Shown: positions 1 to 11,300 of the stretch, piece after piece
How the letters are laid out: each line of letters opens with the position of its first letter
Numbering within the stretch: the first letter of the stretch is position 1
NCBI RefSeq assembly: GCF_016026235.1
Contig: NZ_CP065613.1
DNA from: Escherichia coli
GTDB taxonomy: Bacteria; Pseudomonadota; Gammaproteobacteria; Enterobacterales; Enterobacteriaceae
DNA length: 64,000 bases
Direction: 5' to 3' (one strand)
Translations under genes and position numbers: made by a program
Notes under the pieces: generated by a model
What the model was told of the DNA's origin: nothing
What the model saw: only the letters and a program-made list of their open reading frames with translations
Database searches by the model: none

Positions 1-645
1 GCCAGAGCAAAAAATACTAAAGCTTTCCGTTTCACAAGTCAGGTTAATGACGCTATTAATCCTCCAAAACAACCAAGACAGCCACGAATTAGCGGAAACA
101 GAGCAATCACAGCAGCTTACTCAGCGAATATGAGCAAGCTAAAAGGCTTTGACCCTATTTTGCAGAAATACATCAAATCTCAATTTTACGGGCTATCTGC
201 TAAAGCTGGGGCAATGGATAATTCAAAATTCAATGAGAAGTTAGCTCAGTTAAATGCTTCAGTCAGAGAAGCAATTGCTAAAGCCAGAGGTCATACATCC
301 ACCAGCATTAATGGTGACAGAGCAGCTAGCAGCCTTGATAACCTGTCTTCAGCAGCAGTTAGAGCAGCAGGTGCATTTATCAGCTTTCAGGCTGTACTAT
401 CCGCTTATCAGCGAGTACTGGAAGTTGGTTTACAGCGTGCAAGTGCTGAACGTTCAATTGATTTCGTATTCGGTGACCAAAGTACACAGGTTAAAAAGTT
501 CATTCAGGATTTAACTCAAATTACTGGTATGGACACAACCGAAACACAAGCGCAATTTGCTTCATTTGGTGCATGAAGTGGCACACTGAATTTGGCCACC
601 TGAACAGAGGTGATATGCTCACCTCAGAACAACACAGGTGCTCCA

Positions 646-1814
<1,169 letters not shown>

Positions 1815-3088
1815 CCACTTCAGCAAGTGCAACGACTACGATGGGTCTTGAAGGGTCAGAAGAGCTATTTAAAAACCTTACAGGTTATGCTCGTTTAATG
1901 GGGCGTTCAGATGAGCAGATTCAAAGAGCATTAACCGCAGTGTCACAGATGGCCTCTAAGGGTCAGGTGATGGCTGAGGAGTTGAAGGGGCAATTATCTG
2001 AAGCTTTACCGGGTGCTACTCAGGCATTTGCAAAGGCTTTAGGTCTGACTGAAAAACAGCTTTTCGATAAGATGAAAAATGGTGATGTTAAAGCCTCTGA
2101 TGCACTTCCTAAGTTTGCTAAAGAACTTGGTGCACAGATTAATTCAAGAGGTGGCTGGAAAGCTATTCAGGATTCTACGCAGACGATGTTAGGAAACTTA
2201 AAGAATACTTGGAACAACTCACTAACGGATATTTTCAGAGGTTCTGAAAATGGTCTGCAAGATTTCACAAGAAGCCTAACAACGCTTTTAAACAGTTTAG
2301 GTGGAAGTGGTAAAAGTCTTGGTGAATCTCTTGGTAGCTTGATGAGCGATATGTCGCATGGTGTCGATAGTCTGACTGATATCAGCTACAGGGTGAGAGC
2401 GTTCTTTGATGAGGTGACATTAGCTTACCGTGGTTTAACCGATGAGCAAAAGAAAGTAGTTGATGCTTTAGGTTCTGGCTTGATTAATAGTTTAAAAGTC
2501 TTGGCTGGTGTTATTGCTGTAAATAAAGTTGTTGGTGTAACCAGAAGTATTTACGGGCTTATGACTGCTATCACAAGATTAGGTCAGGTCGCTGATACAA
2601 CAGCGGATAACGTGAATAGAAAGAATGGGAAACCATCAAGATTGAATCTTGGGAATATGCTATTAGCTGGTAGCGCTCTCTATGCAGGTTATGAAAGATT
2701 AGCCTCTACACCTGAACGAATGGAAGCACAAGCTAAATTACCAGAGCTGGCTAAAGAGTCTGGACTTAAACCCGCTTTCACTATGGATGATGTTAAAGGG
2801 TGGTTTAATAGTGCTGCTATGAATCTTGCTAACTTCCAGCATCCAGAATTAAACAACATTAAGCAAGATTCAGCATTAACGAGTGCAGATATCCAAAGCC
2901 TGAGAGATGAAATCTCCGCTTTGAGCAAACGTATTCAGGAGCCTGTGAAAGTTTCACTTGGTGGTGAAGTTGCCATTAAACCAGATGAAACCAGCTTTAT
3001 GACCTTTAGCAGTAATATCTACGACCAATATGCAGAAGCTACGCTATTAAGTTCATCATTCCCAGAAGATGATTAATAATAGTCGAAT

Positions 3089-3143
3089 GCTACGTGAATA
3101 AAGCAAAGTTAATACCCACACCAAAAGTTATTTTTCACGTAGC
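3089..3143. repeat. 10-bp perfect inverted repeat GCTACGTGAA / TTCACGTAGC with a 35-bp spacer
   Basis: Read directly in the intergenic region between the tape-measure gene and the next phage gene. Confidence 0.5.
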
Positions 3144-4111
3144 TCACGCTTAACAGAGAAAATACTTATATATCAAAGGAGAATTTAATGATTTACACTA
3201 ATCAGCTTCGTTACACTGGTAAAGATGGCGTTTACTTCCACTTAAGAGATAATGTAGATGCCTTCTTAACCTTATCAGCAACTGAAAACATGGAATTTGA
3301 TAGCCCTATGATGGTTACCACTCAAAATATGCAATCAGGGCAAACCGTCACAGATAATGTTCAAAGAGCACCCAGAACAATTACTATTAGTGGTGTGGTT
3401 GTAGTTGGTGAATCCGGTAGTATCCTTATCTCAAGAGATAATAAGCTGGTAGAAAACTTCATTGACACTCTTGAAAGCTGGCGTGACCAGAAGCAGATTA
3501 TTTCGGTCATCTGTAAAGACGGAATTAAAATTGATGATTCCATTATTACAAGCTTTAAAGCCTCTAAAGATGTTGGTATTTCAAATGGCCTAAGAATCCA
3601 GCTAACTTTTCAGGAAATTAACTTCAAAGCTATTGTGGGTCAAACTGATATTTCGGCTGCAACTGGAAAGACTGCTACCACAAATGATGGTGGTGCTACC
3701 AGTAAAAAGAATACAGGGAACACTACGACAAGTTTAGGTAATGGTATGTTGATGTGTCAGGAGCTATATAATCGCTCTACGAGTGAACTTACTAATGAGC
3801 AACTTCAAGCCCGTATCAATTGTGGTAAAAGTGTCAAAGTTGAGAATGGAAAAAGCACCTTCTCAGATGCCGCTAATGAGCAAGCTTCAAAGGTGCTTAA
3901 TAATGCTGGTACAGGTAGTGCGTATTTTCATGAAAGGAGATCACTCAATAACTTCCATCGAGATCGGGTAATAACATTTGAACAGATCGCTGAATAACAT
4001 CGATGGAGATCACTTTTGACTCATTTTGTTATTCAGTGATCTCCATCAATGTTATTGGAACTTCACAGGTGTGTTGATCTGTATCTTTTGCCATTCCGGT
4101 AAAGGATACCT

Positions 4112-5512
4112 ATGCCAACAGTTCCAATTTCTATGAGAAAACTTAAAGAAATTCTTAGGCTTAAATACGGTGTTGGACTCAGCCATCGACAAATTGGTCG
4201 TAGTCTTGCAATCTCCCCTTCCGTTGTATCCAGATATGCTAATCGGGCGGCTCAACTTGGCATAAAGCAGTGGCCCTTACCTACAGGATGGGATGATACA
4301 AAACTAAAACATGCGTTCCTTCAGACCCAGGTTAAGATGAAGAAGCACTCTCTGCCTGACTGGGCTACAGTACACTGGGAACTGCGTAATAAATGCGTGA
4401 CGCTGCAGCTACTCTGGGAAGAATACTGTGAGCGTAATCCAGGCGGTTTTTACAGCTATAACCATTACTGCCGGATGTACCGTGAATGGCTCAAAACCAC
4501 TTCACCATCAATGCGTCAGGTACATAAAGCTGGCGAAAAACTTTTCGTTGATTACTGTGGACCTACCGTTGGCGTTACCGACCCTGAGACCGGAGAAATA
4601 AGAACTGCTCAGGTCATCGTAGCTGTTCTCGGGGCATCAAGTTACACATGGGCAGAGGCCACCTGGTCTCAGCAGCTTGAAGACTGGGTGATGAGTCATG
4701 TTCGCTGCTTCCAGTGGTTGGGTGGCGTTCCTGAACTTGTTGTTCCGGACAATCTGAAAAGCGCCACATCCAGGGCATGTAAGTATGATCCTGACGTTAA
4801 CCCTACCTACCAGCAGATGCTTGAGCATTATAATGTCGCAGTTTTGCCTGCGCGGCCACGTAAACCGAAAGATAAAGCCAAAGCTGAAGTTGGCGTTCAG
4901 GTTGTTGAACGCTGGATCATGGCCCGAATCAGGCATGAGATCTTCTACAGCCTTGCATCGCTTAATCAGCGCATTCGGGAGTTGCTGGAAAGACTGAATA
5001 ACAAAATAATGCAGAAGTTGGGTTATTCACGTGCAGAACTCTTCATCCAGCTTGATAAACCCGCACTGAAGCCTCTTCCTGAAGCCAGTTACAGTTACAC
5101 CCTGGTGAAGAAAGTCAGAGTTCATGCCGATTACCACGTGGAAATCGACAAACATTACTACTCGGTTCCATGTTCGCTGTTAGGCCAGCAACTGGAAGCA
5201 TGGATCTCCGGAGAACTGGTAAGACTCTTCAATCAGGGGCAGGAGGTTGCTGTGCACCCGCGCAAGCGTACTTATGGCTACAGTACCCGCAACGAGCACA
5301 TGCCTGAAGCTCATCGACAGCATGCCACCTGGACGCCAGAGCGTCTTCTGGAATGGGCGGGGCACATAGGCAGTGAAACTCATAGTTATGTGCTTCATAT
5401 ACTGAACTCTCGTCCACATCCGGAACAAAGCTATCGCTTCTGCCTTGGACTCCTGAACCTTCATAAAAATACAGTAAAGCCAGACTTAATGCAGCATGTG
5501 CAAGAGCTCTGA
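4112..5512 (+). CDS. istA: IS21-family transposase IstA, apparently frameshifted near its 3' end
   Basis: N-terminal helix-turn-helix-like region MRKLKEILRLKYGVGLSHRQIGRSLAISPSVVSRYANRA and a DDE-type body. The ORF stops at 5512, but the -1 frame is open from 5467 to 5652 and ends 12 nt before istB. Confidence 0.8.
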   Translation: MPTVPISMRKLKEILRLKYGVGLSHRQIGRSLAISPSVVSRYANRAAQLGIKQWPLPTGWDDTKLKHAFLQTQVKMKKHSLPDWATVHWELRNKCVTLQLLWEEYCERNPGGFYSYNHYCRMYREWLKTTSPSMRQVHKAGEKLFVDYCGPTVGVTDPETGEIRTAQVIVAVLGASSYTWAEATWSQQLEDWVMSHVRCFQWLGGVPELVVPDNLKSATSRACKYDPDVNPTYQQMLEHYNVAVLPARPRKPKDKAKAEVGVQVVERWIMARIRHEIFYSLASLNQRIRELLERLNNKIMQKLGYSRAELFIQLDKPALKPLPEASYSYTLVKKVRVHADYHVEIDKHYYSVPCSLLGQQLEAWISGELVRLFNQGQEVAVHPRKRTYGYSTRNEHMPEAHRQHATWTPERLLEWAGHIGSETHSYVLHILNSRPHPEQSYRFCLGLLNLHKNTVKPDLMQHVQEL

Positions 5513-5663
5513 AAACAAAGGTATGGCGTCTGTCAGGTATTAAATCGATCCTGGAAAAAGGTCTGGATAAACAACCTGTTCAGGATCCAAAACCAGATCT
5601 GTTATCCACGATGGAACACGAAAACGTACGCGGCAGTGAGTATTACCACTGATACGGGATCCA

Positions 5664-6413
5664 ATGATGAATCATCTTTACGAACAACTGACCGCACTTA
5701 AACTCACCGGCTTCCGTGATGCGCTTAAAAAGCAACTTGCTCAGCCGGGCACATACCAGGAGCTGGGCTTCGAAGAACGCCTGTCATTACTGACAGCAGA
5801 AGAACTAACCTGCCGTGAAAACAGGAAGGCAGAGCGTCTGATCAAACATGCACGGTTCAGACTTAATGCTGAGTTATCAAAGCTGGATTATCGTAACAAT
5901 AGAGGGCTGGACAGGGCCCTCATCCGTTCACTCAGTCAGGGAAACTGGTTAACCCTGAAACAAAATATTTTACTGACCGGGGCCACCGGCAGCGGTAAAA
6001 CGTTCCTGGCATGTGCACTTGGTCATAATGCCTGCCGACAGGGATACAAGGTCTACTATTATCGCCTTAAAGCGCTGATGGAACAGTGCTATCAGGGGCA
6101 TGCTGATGGAAGATACAGCAAACTTTTGACTAGGCTGAATAATAGCGATCTGCTGCTTCTGGATGACTGGGGGCTGGAACCTCTCTCATCAGAACAGCGT
6201 AGCGACCTGCTGGAAATAGTGGATCTGATGTACCAACGAGGCTCAATCATCGTAGTGAGCCAGTTGCCGGTGGAAAACTGGTACAAAATGATCGGAGACT
6301 CCACACATGCGGATGCCATCCTAGATCGACTGGTTCATGGCAGTATCAAGATTGAACTTAAAGGAGAATCAATGCGGAAAATACAATCTCCGTTGACCGA
6401 AGGAGATCAGTGA
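5664..6413 (+). CDS. istB: IS21-family helper ATPase IstB
   Basis: Walker A motif LLTGATGSGKTFLACALG and DnaC-like layout, located immediately after istA. Confidence 0.9.
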   Translation: MMNHLYEQLTALKLTGFRDALKKQLAQPGTYQELGFEERLSLLTAEELTCRENRKAERLIKHARFRLNAELSKLDYRNNRGLDRALIRSLSQGNWLTLKQNILLTGATGSGKTFLACALGHNACRQGYKVYYYRLKALMEQCYQGHADGRYSKLLTRLNNSDLLLLDDWGLEPLSSEQRSDLLEIVDLMYQRGSIIVVSQLPVENWYKMIGDSTHADAILDRLVHGSIKIELKGESMRKIQSPLTEGDQ

Positions 6414-6560
6414 AGGTAATTTAAAAACGGTTCTGTGAAAGTGACACGAACCGATCTCCATCGATGTTACTCACCGATCTCCTTCACGGTAATACGCAGG
6501 TAGTACTTTGAAGAAGTTTAGTGTGAATCCTAACAAGCGATACTGACGATAGAATCTCAA

Positions 6561-8090
6561 CTATATGATAACCTCATCAACATCTATTAAACCCCTCTCA
6601 GTGACTTCAGAAAGCGACTGTATAGCCTCTGTAACGTCCTCTGAGGGGTTTTCTGTTATTGGTAGGTCAATTACCTTACCGTTGTGAAAAGTTACTTTAC
6701 AGCGACGTTTAGCGGCATCTATAACTATTTCTTTGAGTACGCCCTTGATAAGTAGCTGTGTCTCTACCATCCCTTCCTTTGTTGTCCTGTCAATATCTTT
6801 GAGGCTTCCAGTTGTGATGGCCTTTATCCGCTGTGTTTCCTCTTCGATATCATGATTGAGTTTTGATAGCGCATTCTTCATATCACGTAATTTCTCTGTG
6901 ATAATTGTCATGTCATCGAGTTCAATAGCGAGTTCTGCCATTTTTGAGATTTTACGCTGCAAATCTTCACGCTGTAATTTAAGGCTATCAATAGTGTCAG
7001 TATTTTCAGTTTCAAAACGGTCGCATAATGCGAGCATGTAAAGGATAGTTGCATCCGTTTGCTTACGACTGATAGCCTTTGCACTACACCTGTTAGCTGA
7101 ACGATTAGGACATCTGTACATCCCAAAACGTTTTAAGGCATATCCACCAAGAACAATAGTAGCCCCACACTCAGAACATTTGATGATACCCCTGAACAAG
7201 TTGACTGATAGCGGATTACTTGATACAGAAGCCCTACCATATTGCCCTGTGTTCAGTTGCTGTACTCGATAGAATAGTGACTCACTGATTATTGCGGGGT
7301 AGTAACCCTGAACTTCTTCACGTCCAGCAGGTGTGAAACATCCAATCACAGCACGATTTCTGAGTAGTTTCTTTACAGCAGTATCAGACCATCCCTTTTG
7401 TTTAGGTGTGTATTGATTCAATGACAAGTGGCCTTCATCGTTTAAAGTTCTGGTGATAGCCCAAAAGCTTAAACCCTGTAATCTCAGGTCAAATGCTCGT
7501 TTAACAACTTCCACTTTATCGGGGATGATAGTGAATGTTCGACGGTCATCATTCAGCCTTAACCATGCAGGACAACGCCTAGATACCTTGATACCTTCGG
7601 AGATGAGTTCTTTTTTACGGTTCCATGCAGCTTGGACACGCTCAGACTTCCTCAGACTTTCCTCATGCGCCCGCTGCATTATCAGAATGCTTTTAATCAG
7701 GGATAACGGGTCTTTTAAACTTTCTCGTGTGTAATGTTCACCATCGGACAGGGTGACTACATCTACACCAGCCCTTAAGATACGGCGTAATAGCTCAGAA
7801 GCAATATCAATATCCTGACGTGACAGACGGTCTAAACTCTCGATTAGTAGCGTATCACCAGCTTTAACAAGCCCTTTCTCGATAGCGGTTAGAAAGTCAC
7901 CTAGACCACCTTTCAGGTGCTTACCACTAAAAGCACTTTTCCCCAAATCTTTAAAGCTCAAGGATGAATCCAAGTAAAACTCAGGGTTCTTATCAAGCCA
8001 GTCAGTAACCAGCTTAGATTGTCTGCGTACAGAGTCCCCTTTTAGTTGTCGTTCACTTGAAAATCTGATGTAGCTGATTGCCCGTCTCAT
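6561..8090 (-). CDS. Large serine recombinase (phage integrase type)
   Basis: N-terminal resolvase-like catalytic region (AISYIRFSSERQ), a cysteine-rich zinc-ribbon-like segment (CSECGATIV...YRCPNRSANRCS) and a C-terminal extension. ATG at 8088-8090 is preferred over the TTG at 8096 used by the ORF track. Confidence 0.85.
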   Translation of the reverse strand: MRRAISYIRFSSERQLKGDSVRRQSKLVTDWLDKNPEFYLDSSLSFKDLGKSAFSGKHLKGGLGDFLTAIEKGLVKAGDTLLIESLDRLSRQDIDIASELLRRILRAGVDVVTLSDGEHYTRESLKDPLSLIKSILIMQRAHEESLRKSERVQAAWNRKKELISEGIKVSRRCPAWLRLNDDRRTFTIIPDKVEVVKRAFDLRLQGLSFWAITRTLNDEGHLSLNQYTPKQKGWSDTAVKKLLRNRAVIGCFTPAGREEVQGYYPAIISESLFYRVQQLNTGQYGRASVSSNPLSVNLFRGIIKCSECGATIVLGGYALKRFGMYRCPNRSANRCSAKAISRKQTDATILYMLALCDRFETENTDTIDSLKLQREDLQRKISKMAELAIELDDMTIITEKLRDMKNALSKLNHDIEEETQRIKAITTGSLKDIDRTTKEGMVETQLLIKGVLKEIVIDAAKRRCKVTFHNGKVIDLPITENPSEDVTEAIQSLSEVTERGLIDVDEVII

Positions 8091-8094
8091 ATTC

Positions 8095-8130
8095 AATACC
8101 TAAAATGATGTGTTTAGGAACCCATTATAC
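8095..8130. other. Prophage-chromosome junction (attR-type site) within mdtG
   Basis: mdtG-like codons diverge from the recalled K-12 sequence about 8120-8128 and are followed by phage-derived codons MGS and a stop. Inverted repeat CCTAAA-N8-TTTAGG at 8099-8118. Confidence 0.5.
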
Positions 8131-8311
8131 TGAAGACAATACCGGACCACATATTCAGGGCGGAGTGGCCGGTAACGCCAAGCTGCTCAACGTAGAGGGG
8201 TAAGAAGGGCATTACCAGACTGAAGGCGGCACCGGTAAGAAAACAGCCTAGCCAGGCGACGATCAGGTTTCGTTTCCAGTTTATAGGGGTGTCATTTTCA
8301 CAGGGTGACAT
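8114..8311 (-). pseudogene. mdtG: mdtG (yceE) 5' fragment, about 62 native codons, truncated by prophage insertion
   Basis: Translation [62 protein letters not shown] matches the recalled MdtG N-terminus, then ends MGS-stop instead of continuing into the transporter. Confidence 0.85.
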
Positions 8312-8482
8312 AGCAATCCGCTATTGGTGCGCCAGGCGCGGTGAACATAAGAAGAAAAGATAAGCACACTAATTATGCGCCCGACTTCCAGGGGGTGCAA
8401 TCCAGAGAGCTTTTATCGCTAAATCAGGGGGATTTGCTGTGGTAATGCCGGATGCCATTCTGAAGCATCCGGCATGGAAGAT

Positions 8483-9403
8483 TTAATAGCGTGAAGGAAC
8501 GCCTTCCGGGCGTGTTTTAAAGCGACGGTGTAACCACATATACTGCTCTGGTGCCATCATGATGCATTTTTCGACCACTTTGTTCATCCACGCGGCGGTA
8601 GTTTCGGCATCATCCAGTGGCGGAGAACACTCTGGCGGCAGCATAATCAATTGATACCCTTTGCCATCTGGCTTACGGCGTGGAACGAAGGGCACCAGAC
8701 ATGCGCCGGACATCCGTGCCAGCATCCAGGTTCCGGTCGTGGTCGCAGCCTGCTCAACGGCAAATAACGGGACGAAAACGCTTGAGCGCGGGCCGTAATC
8801 ATGATCCGGTGCGTACCAGACCACTTCGCCTTTTTTCAGGGCTTTAATCATGCCTTTTAAATCTTTGCGGTCGAGCATCGATTTATTTGAGCGCAAACGG
8901 CCCCAGGTTTGTAGCCAGTCAATCAGTGGATTATCGTTCGGGCGGTAAACGCCAATCCCCGGTTCCTGCATACCAAACTGCCGCGCGCCCAGCTCCAGTG
9001 TCAGAAAATGGATGCCAACTAACAGGATGCCGCGTTTTTGCGCCTGCACGTCACGAATGTGTTCCATGCCGATCACTTCCGTCCAGCGGGCGATTCGGCG
9101 GTCCGGCCAGAACCACGCCATGCCGGTTTCCATCAGGCCCATGCCAACGGATTCGAAATTCTTCACCACCATTTTACGGCGTTCTTGTTCGCTCATTTCC
9201 GGGAAGCACAGTTCCAGGTTGCGATGCACAATTTTTGCGCGTCGTTTCATAAAACGTAACGCCAGTTTTCCTAATCCACAACCGAGGCGGTAGATAACCG
9301 GGTAGGGCAATTGCACGACTAACCAAAGTACGCCAATACCCAACCAGGTTAACCAATAACGCGGATGAAGCAGTGCGGTGGAGAACTTGGGTAGATTCGT
9401 CAT
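8483..9403 (-). CDS. lpxL: Lipid A biosynthesis lauroyltransferase LpxL (HtrB)
   Basis: 306 aa from MTNLPKF, matching recalled LpxL; synteny next to mdtG. Confidence 0.93.
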
Positions 9404-9627
9404 ATCAATCCTGTTTTTCAACCTATTCGGGCAATTGTATGTATTGTCGCATTTTTTCGCCCGCAACCAAAATTTGTGGCTGAAGACTGGGCGAAATTGC
9501 CGCGCTTGTAAATAACAAATAATTTTTAATGCGCAAATGTAGCGTAAAATGTGTGGATGTTAATTATCGATAATTGCTATATCATGCCGCGGATTTTTAC
9601 TTTCCCATCTCGCAGGAACCGTACACC

Positions 9628-10680
9628 ATGCCAGTGTTACACAACCGCATTTCCAACGACGCGCTAAAAGCCAAAATGTTGGCTGAGAGCGAACCGCGAA
9701 CCACCATTTCGTTTTACAAGTATTTCCACATCGCCGATCCTAAGGCGACCCGTGACGCTTTATATCAGCTGTTTACCGCGCTGAATGTTTTTGGGCGAGT
9801 GTATCTGGCGCATGAGGGCATTAACGCGCAAATCAGCGTACCTGCGAGCAATGTTGAAACATTTCGCGCGCAGCTCTATGCCTTCGACCCGGCTTTAGAG
9901 GGTTTACGCCTGAATATCGCGTTGGATGATGACGGGAAATCCTTCTGGGTACTGCGCATGAAGGTACGCGATCGCATTGTTGCCGACGGTATTGACGATC
10001 CTCACTTTGATGCCAGCAATGTTGGTGAGTATCTGCAAGCGGCGGAAGTGAACGCCATGCTTGACGATCCCGATGCACTATTTATCGACATGCGTAACCA
10101 CTATGAGTATGAAGTGGGGCACTTTGAAAACGCTCTCGAAATTCCGGCAGATACCTTCCGTGAGCAGCTGCCAAAAGCAGTCGAGATGATGCAGGCACAT
10201 AAAGATAAAAAAATCGTCATGTACTGCACCGGCGGCATTCGTTGTGAAAAGGCCAGTGCCTGGATGAAACATAACGGATTCAACAAAGTCTGGCATATCG
10301 AGGGCGGAATTATTGAATACGCCCGTAAGGCGCGCGAGCAGGACTTGCCGGTGCGTTTTATTGGCAAAAATTTTGTTTTTGACGAGCGGATGGGCGAACG
10401 TATATCTGATGAGATTATCGCGCATTGCCACCAGTGCGGTGCGCCGTGCGACAGCCATACCAACTGTAAAAATGATGGCTGCCACCTGCTGTTTATTCAG
10501 TGTCCAGTATGTGCGGAAAAATACAAAGGTTGTTGTAGTGAGATTTGCTGCGAAGAAAGCGCGTTACCGCCAGAAGAACAGCGACGCCGTCGGGCAGGAC
10601 GTGAAAATGGCAATAAGATCTTTAATAAGTCTCGTGGACGTCTGAATACAACACTGGGCATTCCTGATCCAACGGAATAA
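9628..10680 (+). CDS. yceA: Rhodanese-domain protein YceA (TrhO, tRNA uridine hydroxylase)
   Basis: 350 aa from [17 protein letters not shown]; cysteine-rich C-terminus; synteny. Confidence 0.9.
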   Translation: MPVLHNRISNDALKAKMLAESEPRTTISFYKYFHIADPKATRDALYQLFTALNVFGRVYLAHEGINAQISVPASNVETFRAQLYAFDPALEGLRLNIALDDDGKSFWVLRMKVRDRIVADGIDDPHFDASNVGEYLQAAEVNAMLDDPDALFIDMRNHYEYEVGHFENALEIPADTFREQLPKAVEMMQAHKDKKIVMYCTGGIRCEKASAWMKHNGFNKVWHIEGGIIEYARKAREQDLPVRFIGKNFVFDERMGERISDEIIAHCHQCGAPCDSHTNCKNDGCHLLFIQCPVCAEKYKGCCSEICCEESALPPEEQRRRRAGRENGNKIFNKSRGRLNTTLGIPDPTE

Positions 10681-10688
10681 ATATCATT

Positions 10689-10710
10689 GCCGGATGCGTG
10701 CCATCCGGCA
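10689..10710. terminator. Hairpin GCCGGATG-N5-CATCCGGC between convergent yceA and yceI
   Basis: Perfect 8-bp inverted repeat read directly between two convergent genes. Confidence 0.5.
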
Positions 10711-10721
10711 ACATTTCACTC

Positions 10722-11297
10722 TTACTTCTGCTGTACGCCTTCCACTGAAATAATCAGATCCACTTCCTGAGAAGCTGGACCTAAATCTGTCTTGATATTG
10801 AAGTCCTTGAGCTTAATTTTGCCTTCGGCCTCGAAGCCTGCACGTTTACCACCCCATGGGTCGTCGCCCTGACCAATTAATTTCGCTTCCAGCGTGACGG
10901 GTTTGGTTACGCCATTCAGCGTCAGATCGCCGGTAATATCCAGTTCGTCACCGTCTTTCTTCACGCTGGTGGAGGTGAATGTTGCCTGTGGATATTTTGC
11001 GGTATTGAGGAAATCTGCACTGCGAAGATGTTTATCGCGTTCGGCGTGATTAGTATCGACGCTGGTGGTGTTAATTGTCACATTCACTTTATCGGCAGCC
11101 GGATTTTTTTCGTCAAAGGTAAAAGTACCGTCGAAATCTTTAAAGGTGCCGTATAACCAGCTATAGCCAAGGTGCTGGATGCGGAAATTAACAAAGGCGT
11201 GCTGACCTTCTTTGTCAATTTTGTAATCGGCGGCAACCGCTGAACCGGCAGAGAACATCAGGGACGCGAAGGTTAAACCAAGCAGGCTTTTTTTCAT
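10722..11297 (-). CDS. yceI: Periplasmic YceI-family protein
   Basis: 191 aa with signal peptide [22 protein letters not shown]; synteny. Confidence 0.92.
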
Positions 11298-11300
11298 TTT

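Larger units (their letters stand above)
3919..6498 (+). mobile_element. IS21-family insertion sequence (istA-istB), 2580 bp
   Basis: Terminal TGCGTATT at both ends in inverted orientation, followed by repeated GGAGATC-type motifs. Flanked by a 5-bp direct repeat GGTAG (3914-3918 and 6499-6503). Encodes IstA-like and IstB-like proteins. Confidence 0.8.
3188..6546 (+). pseudogene. Phage gene of unknown function split by an IS21-family element (coding parts 3188-3918 and 6504-6546)
   Basis: ORF 3188-3997 runs into the IS left end. Removing the IS and one GGTAG copy restores an in-frame ORF ending ...NNAGTGSTLKKFSVNPNKRY with stop at 6544-6546. No family recognised. Confidence 0.6.

Noticed and set aside
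6493-6503. Alternative 7-bp target duplication CAGGTAG for the IS21-family element
   Set aside because: A 5-bp GGTAG duplication gives perfect TGCGTATT terminal inverted repeats at both ends; the extra CA match is probably coincidental.
8483-9466. Longer N-terminal extensions offered by the ORF track for lpxL and for yceA, yceJ, dinI, yceB, mdtH, murJ, yceF, ycfH, ycfP, ndh, ycfJ and comR
   Set aside because: The track starts at the first in-frame M. Internal ATG/GTG/TTG starts that give the recalled protein lengths and N-termini were preferred.
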